Part shown: in pieces, positions 20,570 through 29,749 of the stretch | Numbering within the stretch: position 1 is the first letter of the stretch | Layout of the letters: each line of letters begins with the position of its first letter | Source: Candidatus Nealsonbacteria bacterium | GTDB taxonomy: Bacteria > Patescibacteriota > Minisyncoccia > Minisyncoccales > JANBVM01 | Assembly (NCBI GenBank): GCA_047456295.1 | Contig: CP179887.1 | Location: forward strand, 623,159-687,158 | Length of the DNA stretch: 64,000 bases | Reading direction: 5' to 3' | Notes under the pieces: model-generated | Told to the model about the DNA's origin: nothing | Database searches by the model: none | What the model saw: the letters and a program-made list of their open reading frames with translations, nothing else | Translations under genes and position numbers: made by a program

Positions 20570-22273
20570 ATGAGGCTTTCGAATTATTTTTTGAAAACTA
20601 GCAAGGCGGTTTCAGATGATAATAAAATTATTTCAACAAAGCTCCTTAAGCAGGCTGGTTTTATTCGTGAATCTGTCGCTGGTCGTTATTATTTTTTACC
20701 TATAGGGCGGCGTGTCCAACAAAAGATAATTGCAATTATTAAGAAGGAGATAGATAGTGCTGGTTATCAAGAAATGTTGACGCCAGTCCTACATCCTTTA
20801 ATGTTGTGGCGTGAAACAAATAGAACAGATACTACAGGATTTGAACTGATGAAAATAAAGGACAGAAGAGGTTCTGAATTTATCCTTGGAGGAACAGCTG
20901 AGGAAATGTTTGTTGATTTGGTTCGACAATTCAAATTAAGTTATAGGGATTTACCCCTTCGTCTTTATCAGTTTTCGCCAAAATTTCGCGATGAGCTACG
21001 TGTACGTGGTGGTCTACTTCGCGTTCGAGAATTCATTATGAAGGACGCATATTCTTTTCATAAAGACGAAGAAGATTTTAAGATTGAATATGATAATATG
21101 AAGAAAATTTATAGTAAAATCTTTGAACGCCTTGGTTTGAAAACTTCTATTGTAGAATCTGACAATGGTTATATAGGTGGAGAATATTGCCACGAATTTG
21201 TTATTGAATCTGAGATTGGTGAAAGTGAATACTTTATTGTTAATAATGGTAGCTACGCCGCCCATGAAGATGTGGTTTTATTTAAAAAAGAGATCAAGAA
21301 TAAACACGAAAAACAGAAACCTCTTAGAGAGGTTGAAGCTAAACGGGGTACGACTATGGAGGATGGGGTTAAATTTCACAAACTCCCTCTTTGGCAACAG
21401 ATTAAAAATGTTTTATTTATAGATGAGAAAGGAAAATTTATTTTAGCCATAATTAGAGGAGATTTTAACATTAATGAAGTCAAGCTGAAAAATTTGATTG
21501 GCGCTGTAACATTACGTCATGCTAGCGATGAAGAAATCAGGAAAGAGATAAAATCTAGTCCTGGTTTTATATCTCCTGTCAATATAAAAGATGGATTAAA
21601 TAAAAAAAATAAGCTTATTATTGTTGCTGATGATTCTTTACGGACAATTGCAAATACATATTGCGGAAGTAATAAGAAAAATAAAGACTTGATGAATGTG
21701 AACATAGACCGAGATTATAAGCCAGACATTGAAGGGGATATTGCATTAGCAAAAGCCGGATACGAAGCCATTGATGGAGCGGGAAAATTAATTAGAAAAT
21801 CTGGTATTGAGGTTGGAAATATTTTTCAGCTCGGCTACCATTATTCAAGCAGAATGAAGGGGTCTATATATATTGACGATGAAGGAAAAGAAAAACCTTT
21901 TTATATGGGATGTTATGGGATAGGTATTGGGCGCGCTATGGCGGCAATAGTTGAGAAACATAATGACGCAAAAGGTATTATTTGGCCCGATTCGGTAGCT
22001 CCATTTCGAGTGAATTTAATTTCTTTAGACGGCACTAATATAGAAGCTGATAAATTATATAAAAAAATGATGGATAAGGGTATCGAGGTTTTATACGATG
22101 ATCGAGATAAAAATCCTGGAGAGAAGTTCGCTGACGCAGACTTAATTGGAATACCAGTTCGTATTATTATTAGTAAAAGGACTATAAAAAAATCAAGTGC
22201 TGAGATTAAAAAGCGTAGCGAATCAAAAACTAAATTAATTCCCTTATCGTCAGTAATAGATTATTTACTGTAA
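20570..22273 (+). CDS. proS: prolyl-tRNA synthetase (bacterial type)
   Basis: Class II motif 2 FRDELRVRGGLLRVREFIMKDAYSF. 567 aa with an inserted domain between motifs 2 and 3. C-terminal anticodon-binding domain. Confidence 0.9.
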   Translation: MRLSNYFLKTSKAVSDDNKIISTKLLKQAGFIRESVAGRYYFLPIGRRVQQKIIAIIKKEIDSAGYQEMLTPVLHPLMLWRETNRTDTTGFELMKIKDRRGSEFILGGTAEEMFVDLVRQFKLSYRDLPLRLYQFSPKFRDELRVRGGLLRVREFIMKDAYSFHKDEEDFKIEYDNMKKIYSKIFERLGLKTSIVESDNGYIGGEYCHEFVIESEIGESEYFIVNNGSYAAHEDVVLFKKEIKNKHEKQKPLREVEAKRGTTMEDGVKFHKLPLWQQIKNVLFIDEKGKFILAIIRGDFNINEVKLKNLIGAVTLRHASDEEIRKEIKSSPGFISPVNIKDGLNKKNKLIIVADDSLRTIANTYCGSNKKNKDLMNVNIDRDYKPDIEGDIALAKAGYEAIDGAGKLIRKSGIEVGNIFQLGYHYSSRMKGSIYIDDEGKEKPFYMGCYGIGIGRAMAAIVEKHNDAKGIIWPDSVAPFRVNLISLDGTNIEADKLYKKMMDKGIEVLYDDRDKNPGEKFADADLIGIPVRIIISKRTIKKSSAEIKKRSESKTKLIPLSSVIDYLL

Positions 22274-22424
22274 AATAAAGTACTAATTTCTTAAAAAAAT
22301 TTGTTTTCCGTAAATAAAATGTGTAAAGTTCGATATTTTTCTCTATGGGTCGTTTTAATGACTAAAGGCGTAAAAAGAAGGGTCGATTAACGCCTTAAAA
22401 ATAACTAAAATTAGCAATTAAAAT

Positions 22425-23516
22425 ATGAGTCAATTAACAAAGTGGGTTGTCGGAATTATCGTGGTCGTTGCCATCGTGGCAATCGGATACTTTGTGTCAA
22501 TAGGCCAGAGAGAAGTTTCGGCAGCACCGATTAAAATCGGAGTGGTTGCACCAATGACCGGTAATCTTGCTTTTATGGGCGAAGGTATAAGAGATGCTAT
22601 TTTAATAGCCAAGGAAAACCTGGGTAATACAAAAAATAAATATGAAGTAATATTTGAGGACGACCAACTGGATGCTAAGAAGTCTGCAAGCGCAGCCAAT
22701 AAGCTGCTAAGCGCAGATAAGGTTGATGCATTTGTGACTTTTAGTTCCGTAACCGGAAATGTGATTGCACCTATCGCAGAACAAAACAAAGTTGTGCATT
22801 TTGGCATAGCGTCAGATTCTAACGTGGCAAAAGGTAAATACAACTTCATTCACTGGACACCTCCATCTGAAGAAAATAAAGTTTTTATTGCAGAATTACA
22901 ACGAAGAGGAATTAAAAAACTTGGAATCTTCGAGGCACAAGGAGCTGCCGATGGAATACCCGACTTAAAACAACAATTAAAAGGTACTGGTATTGAAATA
23001 GTAACCGACCAAGTATTTAACTTTGGCGAAAAAGATTTCAGGACTACCATCGCCAAAATAAAAGATAGCGGGGCTGAAATTTACTTGTTAATGGCATTCT
23101 CACCGGAACTAGAGATACTAGCTAAGCAGATGAAAGAGGCGGGAATAACTACACCGATCACGTCTATAGAGTCTTTTGAACTTAGCGAGCAATTAGCCCT
23201 TTTTGAGGGAGAATGGTATATCAATTCCGCTGATCCAACAGCAGATTTTACCAATAAGTTCAATGCTAAAACCGGCAAGTCCCCGACATTGGGAGCGGCT
23301 AATGCATATGATATCTTTAATTTGATAGTTGCTGCTAATGAAAAGGTTGAAGGGACATCGAAACCTACAAGTGACCAAGTAGTAAATGAACTAATGAAGA
23401 TCACAAACTTTAGCGGTGCGCTTGGTAATCTAAGCGTTAACGAAGATGGGCTTATTGTATCAAAGGCAGCCGTCCGCATGATAAAAGATGGGAAGCCGGT
23501 TAGCGTCGGCAAGTAG
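22425..23516 (+). CDS. ABC transporter substrate-binding protein, PBP1 / branched-chain amino-acid type
   Basis: N-terminal TM/signal anchor, IKIGVVAPMTGNLAFMGEG start typical of LivK/LivJ-like binding proteins. First gene of a five-gene transporter operon. Confidence 0.8.
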   Translation: MSQLTKWVVGIIVVVAIVAIGYFVSIGQREVSAAPIKIGVVAPMTGNLAFMGEGIRDAILIAKENLGNTKNKYEVIFEDDQLDAKKSASAANKLLSADKVDAFVTFSSVTGNVIAPIAEQNKVVHFGIASDSNVAKGKYNFIHWTPPSEENKVFIAELQRRGIKKLGIFEAQGAADGIPDLKQQLKGTGIEIVTDQVFNFGEKDFRTTIAKIKDSGAEIYLLMAFSPELEILAKQMKEAGITTPITSIESFELSEQLALFEGEWYINSADPTADFTNKFNAKTGKSPTLGAANAYDIFNLIVAANEKVEGTSKPTSDQVVNELMKITNFSGALGNLSVNEDGLIVSKAAVRMIKDGKPVSVGK

Positions 23517-23537
23517 AAACTCGGTCGTATGTGCAAA

Positions 23538-23570
23538 ACAAAATTGCCTCGTAAAATGAGGCAATTTTGT
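23538..23570 (+). promoter_or_regulatory. perfect 13-bp intercistronic stem-loop between binding-protein and permease genes
   Basis: ACAAAATTGCCTC (23538-23550) / GAGGCAATTTTGT (23558-23570), 7-nt loop, no clean U-run. Confidence 0.6.
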
Positions 23571-23606
23571 TGAGAAAACATGATGAAACAGGTAAAATAA
23601 AGTAAA

Positions 23607-24473
23607 ATGGGAATACTTCCACAACTCATCTTGAACAGCATTATCGCCGGAGCGATTTATACTTTGGTCGCGCTTGGTTTTAATCTCATTTACGGCGCGA
23701 CAAAGTTTTTCAATTTGGCGCACGGCATAATGGCGGCAATCGGCGGCTACGCGGTGTTTTATTTTGCCAAAACTTTAGGATTAGACGTTTATGTTGCGAT
23801 TATTCTCGGCATTGCTTTAGCCGGTCTTGTCGGTTTTGGCCTGGATAAATTTATTTATCTCCCGCTTCGCAGGCGCAAAGCGTCAAACATGGTTTTGCTT
23901 GTTGCTTCGCTTGGAGCGATGACCGCTTTGCAGGCCGTTATCGCGATTCTCTTTTCCAGCCAATTCAAAACGCTTTCAGGAAATGTTGGCACGCAGAAAC
24001 TTTTTACAATTTTGGGCGGTGTCATAACACAGACGCAACTTGTTATTTTACTATCTGCTGCTTTAGTTATGGTTGGACTTATCGCTCTTCTTTACAAAAC
24101 GCAATTCGGCAAGGCAGTACGGGCCATCAGCGACGATGAGGAAGTGGCGCGGATTATCGGTATAAATACCAACAAAATCATCGGTTATGTTTTTTTCATC
24201 GGTTCGGCAATTACTGGATTTACCGGAATTTTGGTCGGTTTTGATGTAGGTATTGAACCGACAATGGGATTGGGCTTACTACTCAAAGGCGTTATTGCTT
24301 CTATTGTCGGCGGGGTCGGCAATATCTACGGTGGAGTTTTGGGCGCGTTTCTTTTGGGATTTGTGGAAAATTTCGGCATTTGGAAAATATCCGGCGGATG
24401 GAAAGACGCCATTGCCTTTACGCTCTTGATTATGTTTTTAATTTTCCGTCCCCGCGGAATTATGAATAAGTAG
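23607..24473 (+). CDS. livH: branched-chain amino-acid ABC permease LivH-type
   Basis: 288 aa polytopic membrane protein, N-terminal LNSIIAGAIYTLVALGFNLIYG typical of LivH. Confidence 0.85.
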   Translation: MGILPQLILNSIIAGAIYTLVALGFNLIYGATKFFNLAHGIMAAIGGYAVFYFAKTLGLDVYVAIILGIALAGLVGFGLDKFIYLPLRRRKASNMVLLVASLGAMTALQAVIAILFSSQFKTLSGNVGTQKLFTILGGVITQTQLVILLSAALVMVGLIALLYKTQFGKAVRAISDDEEVARIIGINTNKIIGYVFFIGSAITGFTGILVGFDVGIEPTMGLGLLLKGVIASIVGGVGNIYGGVLGAFLLGFVENFGIWKISGGWKDAIAFTLLIMFLIFRPRGIMNK

Positions 24474-24474
24474 T

Positions 24475-25341
24475 ATGGGGTATCTGATACATTTAGCCAT
24501 TTTGTTTGCCATCTACGCTATCTTAGGCGTGAGTTTGAACTTGGCTGTTGGCTACACCGGGCTTTTGTCCGTAACCCATGCCGCTTTTTACGGCATTGGC
24601 GCATATACTACCGCAATATTTCTGACAAAAAGCGGCGTTGGATTTTTCACTTCTTTGATTTTAGGAATTGCAATAGCAGTAGCCGTAAGCTTCCTCATCG
24701 GCGTAGTTTTGTCCAAGTTCAAGGGCGATTATTATGCGCTTGGCACATTTGGATTTAATACGATTGTCTTTGCTGTCTTTCTAAACTGGCAAAATTTGAC
24801 GGGGGGCCCTTTGGGTATTCCCGGAATTTCCAAGCCGGAATTGTTCGGCATAAACTTTGCGAACAATTTTAATTTTATGGTTCTTGCTTTGATATTTTTG
24901 GTTTTGATATATTTCACTTCGCGCTTTGTCGCCAACTCCTCTTTCGGCCGAGTATTGAAAGCAATCCGCGAAGACGAAACTGCCATTGCCGTTTTTGGCT
25001 ACAACACTTTGTATTTTAAACTTGTAATTTTTATTATTTCCGCCGCGATGGCGGCGGTTGCCGGTTCTCTCTTTGCTTCCTACATTACTTTCATTGACCC
25101 TTCCAGCTTCCAGCTAACGGAGTCGATGTTCATTCTCGCGATTATTATTTTAGGTGGACTTGCCAACCTGCGCGGTTCGATCTTAGGTGCGTTGTTTTTG
25201 ATACTGCTTCCTGAAATTCTGCGCTTTGTCGGCTTTCCGTCCGACATCGAGGCTCAAATGCGACAAGTGTTGTATGGCATAATTTTGATTTTACTCATGC
25301 TCTATCGGCCGCAAGGATTAATAGGCGAATACAAGTTATGA
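24475..25341 (+). CDS. livM: branched-chain amino-acid ABC permease LivM-type
   Basis: 288 aa polytopic. GYTGLLSVTHAAFYGIGAYT motif typical of LivM. 1-nt gap from livH and 4-nt overlap with livG. Confidence 0.85.
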   Translation: MGYLIHLAILFAIYAILGVSLNLAVGYTGLLSVTHAAFYGIGAYTTAIFLTKSGVGFFTSLILGIAIAVAVSFLIGVVLSKFKGDYYALGTFGFNTIVFAVFLNWQNLTGGPLGIPGISKPELFGINFANNFNFMVLALIFLVLIYFTSRFVANSSFGRVLKAIREDETAIAVFGYNTLYFKLVIFIISAAMAAVAGSLFASYITFIDPSSFQLTESMFILAIIILGGLANLRGSILGALFLILLPEILRFVGFPSDIEAQMRQVLYGIILILLMLYRPQGLIGEYKL

Positions 25342-26072
25342 AAATTATTGAGACAAAAAATTTAGTAAAGCGATTTAACGGCGTTCATGCCGTTGACCGG
25401 CTTTCAATCGGGGTTGAGAAAGGACAAATCACCGGCATTATCGGGCCGAACGGTTCCGGCAAAACAACGCTCATTAATCTTTTGAGTGGAGTTCTGGAAA
25501 TGGATAGCGGCGAAATTGTTGTTGATGGGGCAGAAAAAATTACAAGGATATTGCCGCATCAAGTTTCTTTCTACGGCATTACCCGTACATTTCAGAATGT
25601 TCGGCTGTTTGAACAAATGACGGTGCTGGACAACATTTTGGTTGTCGTAACTGAGAGAAATGTTTTTAGCTCGATTTTTGAAAAACACACTGAATACCAC
25701 CATAAAATAGTCGAGGAAGTTTTGCAGAAAGTCGCTCTTTTGGAAAAGAAAAATCAGTTAGCTATCAATCTTTCCTACGGCCAGCGGAAACTTTTGGAGA
25801 TTGCTCGAACGCTAGCGATGAAGGCGGAGGTTTATCTTTTTGACGAACCCTTTGCGGGGCTTTTCCCAGAGATGAGGAAAATCGTTTCTAGTATTATCAA
25901 AGAGTTAAAGCAGGAAAATAAAACCGTTGTCTTGATTGAGCACAATATAGGCTTAATCAGAGAGCTTTGCGACCATATTTTTGTGATGGATGAAGGTAAG
26001 TTATTGACCGAAGGCAAACCCGAATCTGTTTTGGAAAAAAGAGAGGTTATTGAGGCGTATCTTGGTGAATAA
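25338..26072 (+). CDS. livG: ABC ATPase LivG-type
   Basis: Walker A GPNGSGKTT, signature LSYGQRKLLEIARTL, Walker B VYLFDEP. Confidence 0.88.
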   Translation: MKIIETKNLVKRFNGVHAVDRLSIGVEKGQITGIIGPNGSGKTTLINLLSGVLEMDSGEIVVDGAEKITRILPHQVSFYGITRTFQNVRLFEQMTVLDNILVVVTERNVFSSIFEKHTEYHHKIVEEVLQKVALLEKKNQLAINLSYGQRKLLEIARTLAMKAEVYLFDEPFAGLFPEMRKIVSSIIKELKQENKTVVLIEHNIGLIRELCDHIFVMDEGKLLTEGKPESVLEKREVIEAYLGE

Positions 26073-26081
26073 ATAATAAAT

Positions 26082-26807
26082 ATGGAAAAAGAAACTTTAC
26101 TACAAATCCATAATGTTTCGGTTCACTACGGCGGAGTAAAGGCGCTTGACGGTGTTGACGTTTCGCTTGATGAAGGCGAAATTGTGGCTTTGATGGGACC
26201 GAACGGCGCGGGCAAGTCAACGATACTCAAAACGATTTTCGGCTTGGCGCCGGTTCATTCTGGAAAAGTTTTATGGCACGAAAAAGAGATAAAACCAGTT
26301 TCCCATGAAGTCGTGCAAAGGGGCATTTCTTTTGTACCGCAAGGCCGACGGGTATTCAATCACTTGACGATTGAAGAAAATTTGGAAATTGGCGGCTTTA
26401 TTGTCAGCGATAAAAAGGAGTTGGAAAGAAGAATCGCCGAAGCGATGGAGACTTTTCCAGTATTGAAGCAAAGGCGCAAAGCCAAAGCCGGAACGCTTTC
26501 CGGTGGCCAACAGCAGATGCTCGCTTTAGCGCGAGGGCTGATGACCGAACCGAAAGTTTTGCTTCTCGACGAGCCATCGCTTGGTCTTGCGCCGAAAATC
26601 GTTAGAGAAGTTTTTGCGAAGATTAAGGAAATAAACGAGAAACACAAAACGGCAATTTTGGTAGTTGAGCACAACATCAAATCGTTGCTTGATATCGCCA
26701 GTCGCGGTTATGTTTTGGATAAAGGAAAAGTTGTAGCAAAAGATGCTTCGCAAAAACTTCTTGAAAGCGGCATTTTAGAGAGGGTATTTGTGGGTAAATC
26801 GGTTTGA
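26082..26807 (+). CDS. livF: ABC ATPase LivF-type
   Basis: Walker A GPNGAGKST, signature LSGGQQQMLALARGL, Walker B LLLDEPS. Confidence 0.88.
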   Translation: MEKETLLQIHNVSVHYGGVKALDGVDVSLDEGEIVALMGPNGAGKSTILKTIFGLAPVHSGKVLWHEKEIKPVSHEVVQRGISFVPQGRRVFNHLTIEENLEIGGFIVSDKKELERRIAEAMETFPVLKQRRKAKAGTLSGGQQQMLALARGLMTEPKVLLLDEPSLGLAPKIVREVFAKIKEINEKHKTAILVVEHNIKSLLDIASRGYVLDKGKVVAKDASQKLLESGILERVFVGKSV

Positions 26808-26894
26808 TTTTGATCACAACCACATGCCAAAACTGGCAGGTCAAGGAGTAGCCAAAACAGGCACCTCAAAAGCTTCCTTAGTCCTCATGAAATA

Positions 26895-26922
26895 GGTTTG
26901 AACATCGTCCGGCTCCCGGAGT
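26895..26922 (+). repeat. cassette-junction core motif, degenerate copy (GGTTTGAACATCGTCCGGCTCCCGGAGT)
   Basis: Aligns with the consensus GGTTCTAACATCGTCCAGCCCCCGGAGC seen 12 more times downstream. Confidence 0.75.
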
Positions 26923-26954
26923 CAGCTTGTGCTCGGTTCGAGAGACCGAGCCGC
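26923..26954 (+). repeat. module B: T-arm-like hairpin (copy 1)
   Basis: CAGCTTGTGCTCGGTTCGAGAGACCGAGCCGC. Stem CTCGGT/ACCGAG with loop TCGAGAG. Confidence 0.7.
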
Positions 26955-26963
26955 TTATAGCGT

Positions 26964-27034
26964 TAGGGCGACCGAGAGGGGTTCGAATCCTACCGCCGGA
27001 GCAGGCTAGTGCTCGGTTCTTGCGACCGAGCCGC
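26964..27034 (+). repeat. 71-nt direct repeat: tRNA-Asn 3'-end fragment plus module B (left copy)
   Basis: Contains GGTTCGAATCCTACCGCCGGAGC (26980-27002), 22/23 identical to the 3' end of the tRNA at 20362-20384. ~90% identical to 28325-28395. Confidence 0.85.
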
Positions 27035-27041
27035 ATCAAAA

Positions 27042-27071
27042 ATCGCCAAGACGGCGATTTTTTGGTAGAAT
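27042..27071 (+). promoter_or_regulatory. hairpin + T-run + TGGTAGAAT promoter module
   Basis: ATCGCC-aagac-GGCGAT, T6, then extended -10-like TGGTAGAAT (TAGAAT 27066-27071). The ATG of the next gene is 45 nt downstream. Confidence 0.6.
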
Positions 27072-27116
27072 AGAAATAAAAAGTCATAATAAATATAACT
27101 TCAATTAAAAAACAAT

Positions 27117-28247
27117 ATGTCTAAAACAATAATTGCAATCATTGTTATAATCATTGTCGCGGGATTAGGTTATTGGATTTATCAATCAACTTTAGCACCC
27201 GAAGAACTAACTGAAAAAGAACAGGCGTGTATAAATTCTGGAGGAGAGGTATTAACATCATTGTGTTGTAAAGCAACTGGTGATTTCCCAAACCTGTGTC
27301 TCATTGGTCCCTGTGGTTGTTCCCCAGAAAACAGCCATGAAATAAAAGTTTGTGACTGCGGAGAAAAAAAATGTTTTGACGGTAATACCTGTGTACCAGA
27401 AGTATACAGCTTTAATGACTGTATTAAGGCTGGTTATCCAGTAATGGAAAGTTATCCACGCCAATGCAAAACGCCAGATGGGAGAATATTTACAGAAGGA
27501 GAAGAACATTGTATTGCGCCAACTGGCGAAAGTATGAGTTTGTTTGAAGCCATGCAAATCGCCATAACAAGTGAATGTGGCGACCAGCTAAGAAACTACT
27601 TAGAATTTGCTACGTGTAATGCAGATACAGGGACATGGTGGATAGATCTTGATATTGAAAAAGAAGGATGTAATCCTGCCTGCGTCGTAAATATTGCAAC
27701 AAAAGAAGCATCAATAAACTGGAGATGCACAGGTGTTTTAGAGATAAACAGTTTTGATGATTGTGTGGAAGCTGGTTATGCAATACTTCCTCCAATCCCA
27801 GGTGGCTATACTGAATGTAGAACACCTGATGGTAAGGTTTTCTATTTTGAGGAAATAGATGATGCATCCCTGTGTGCAAGAGATGGGGAAGTATTTTCAA
27901 GAGTATCTGATCAATACCTCGACAGTTGCTGCGAAGGATTAAAAGAATGGATACCTATACCGGATACGCGTTTTTCAATCGCAGATGTATGTTATGAAGT
28001 TGGGTTACCATCGGAATCTAACATAGGACTCTGTATAAAGTGTGGGGACGGGGTTTGTGAAAACCATTTGAACTATGATGAAAATCCATGTAATTGCCCA
28101 GAAGACTGTAAAGGGAAAAACAAGTCCATGTTTCAAAGCATAGAAGAATTTTGCCAGAGCAATGACTGGAAAATGTCTCTTTCCAAAGCATGTGAAGAAC
28201 AAGAACCTATTAAGGGTTCTCCAATATGTAAATTATGCGCTTTTTAA
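27117..28247 (+). CDS. membrane-anchored secreted cysteine-rich protein (paralog of 44651..45829)
   Basis: Signal anchor IIAIIVIIIVAGLGYWIY. 10-Cys module ACINSGG..LCCKATGDFPNLCLIGPCGCSPENSH..KVCDCG..KCF. Two FNDC(I/V)xAGY...C(K/R)TPDG repeats. Confidence 0.75.
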   Translation: MSKTIIAIIVIIIVAGLGYWIYQSTLAPEELTEKEQACINSGGEVLTSLCCKATGDFPNLCLIGPCGCSPENSHEIKVCDCGEKKCFDGNTCVPEVYSFNDCIKAGYPVMESYPRQCKTPDGRIFTEGEEHCIAPTGESMSLFEAMQIAITSECGDQLRNYLEFATCNADTGTWWIDLDIEKEGCNPACVVNIATKEASINWRCTGVLEINSFDDCVEAGYAILPPIPGGYTECRTPDGKVFYFEEIDDASLCARDGEVFSRVSDQYLDSCCEGLKEWIPIPDTRFSIADVCYEVGLPSESNIGLCIKCGDGVCENHLNYDENPCNCPEDCKGKNKSMFQSIEEFCQSNDWKMSLSKACEEQEPIKGSPICKLCAF

Positions 28248-28324
28248 AGAAATAGTGAGTAATGAGGTGTGGAGTACCTGCTCTAGAGATTGAACTATTT
28301 CCGAGACCGAACCGCCTACCCCTC

Positions 28325-28395
28325 TAGGGCGACCGAGAGGGGTTCGAATCCTAGCGCAGGAGCAGGCTAGTGCTCGGTTCGAGCAACCGAGCCGC
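28325..28395 (+). repeat. 71-nt direct repeat: tRNA 3'-end fragment plus module B (right copy)
   Basis: TAGGGCGACCGAGAGGGGTTCGAATCCTAGCGCAGGAGCAGGCTAGTGCTCGGTTCGAGCAACCGAGCCGC. Same order and orientation as 26964-27034. Confidence 0.85.
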
Positions 28396-28475
28396 CCAGC
28401 TTATTGCTGGGCGATTTTTATTACCTTGACTTTTCCTAAAAATAGGGGCAGATTTAAGGCAGATAAACACTATTT

Positions 28476-29700
28476 ATGAACCAAAAAGGCTTTATCCAAA
28501 TTCCGTTATTGGTAGCAATTATAGTTTCTATTGCAGCCGTTGCAGGGATCGGTTACGGAGTAGTTGAATATAATAAAACTTCTAACCTGGTTAAAGAGTC
28601 TCAGCAATTAGCCAAAGAAGAGAAATATAATGAGGCAATTGATAAATTAGAATCTGCTAAAAGTGGTTGGGCTACTAATGTTTTAGGAGTAAAAAAACAA
28701 GAAATTGTTAATGAGATAGAAAATAATAAAAAACTCCTTGAGGATAAATCAGAATATGCCCAAGGAATGGAAGAATTTAATAAAGGAAATTGGGAGAAAG
28801 CCAAAGAATTATTATCAAAAGTTTCCGAAATATCCCCTTATTATCAAGATGCGAAAAATAAGATAGAAGAGGCTCAAAAGAAAATAACAGAAAAACAAAT
28901 TGCCGAAGCAGTGGAGAAAACCACAGAAATGACTCAAGAGGAAATGACTAAACTTCAGCTCGAAAGACAAAAAGCTGAAAAACAATGGGCCGAAGCTGAA
29001 ATAAAACTAAAAGTAGAAGGACTGTTTAGAATAGGAAATACATTGCAAGATTATTATAACACAGTTAGAGAGGGAAGAGGGGTAGGTCAAAATTGGTGGT
29101 TGTATGGATATCAAGGAGAAGTAGACTTCGCATCATATCTAGCTAAACATGGTATAGGAGCAGTATATTGGCCAGAATACGAGTCAACGTATCATTCTCT
29201 TACTGGTAGTTCTTCTTGGTTGGATGCTAAAGAGAAATTAGATAATGTTTTGTTCCTCCCCTACACAGCAGCAGTTAGTTATAATGAGTCAGATTATGAA
29301 AAAATCAGAAAAATTCTCGATTTTTTTTAAATTTTACATCAAATATGAGCCTGATTTTAACGAAATATTAAGAGCGCCAGCGGAAACTCTTGGATTAAAG
29401 TCAGGAGACTGTGATGACTGGTCAATTCTCGCAAGCGCGGCATTCGCAGATGCTGGAATAGATTCAGCCATTATGTTTGTGAAAAGCATAGATGGGACGC
29501 AAGCTCATGCCATGGTATTAGTTCAATCTAAAGAGACCTTACCACTTTGGTCTTATTCAGATTTAACTCAGTATGGTCTTCCTAGTGGAAAATGGTGGAT
29601 TATAGAACCACAATTTACTTTTGGACAACAATCCCAGCATCCAGAATGGTTTACTCAATGGAAGTTTGAGGCAGCAGCATTAGTACCAGGTATAAAATAG
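28476..29700 (+). pseudogene. membrane-anchored coiled-coil / transglutaminase-like cysteine protease gene split by a +1 frameshift in a T8 tract
   Basis: ORF 28476..29330 stops inside T8 (29321-29328). The +1 frame continues ...FFKFYIKYEPDFNEILRAPAETLGLKSGDCDDWS...HAMVLV (Cys/His core of transglutaminase-like proteases). Removing one T gives one 407-aa ORF. Confidence 0.6.
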
Positions 29701-29749
29701 CCAAATTTTATAATTAACCTTTATCATTAACATACAAGGAGAAAATACA

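Noticed and set aside
22430-23641. Minus-strand ORFs of 139, 68, 186 and 61 aa antisense to the substrate-binding-protein gene
   Set aside because: The higher GC of this segment lowers the antisense stop-codon frequency. The plus-strand gene has clear family features and operon context, and the antisense ORFs have none.
26907-27003. A complete long-arm tRNA spanning the first junction
   Set aside because: TCCGGCT (26907-26913) can pair 6/7 with CGCCGGA (26994-27000), but no D-arm or anticodon arm can be drawn in the 80 nt between them. It was interpreted as stacked fragments, not a gene.
26878-27087. Minus-strand 69-aa ORF over the junction repeats (and similarly 35471..35809, 112 aa)
   Set aside because: These ORFs run antisense through repeat and hairpin elements and into neighbouring genes. 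Their 'conservation' would only reflect the DNA repeats. They have no start context.
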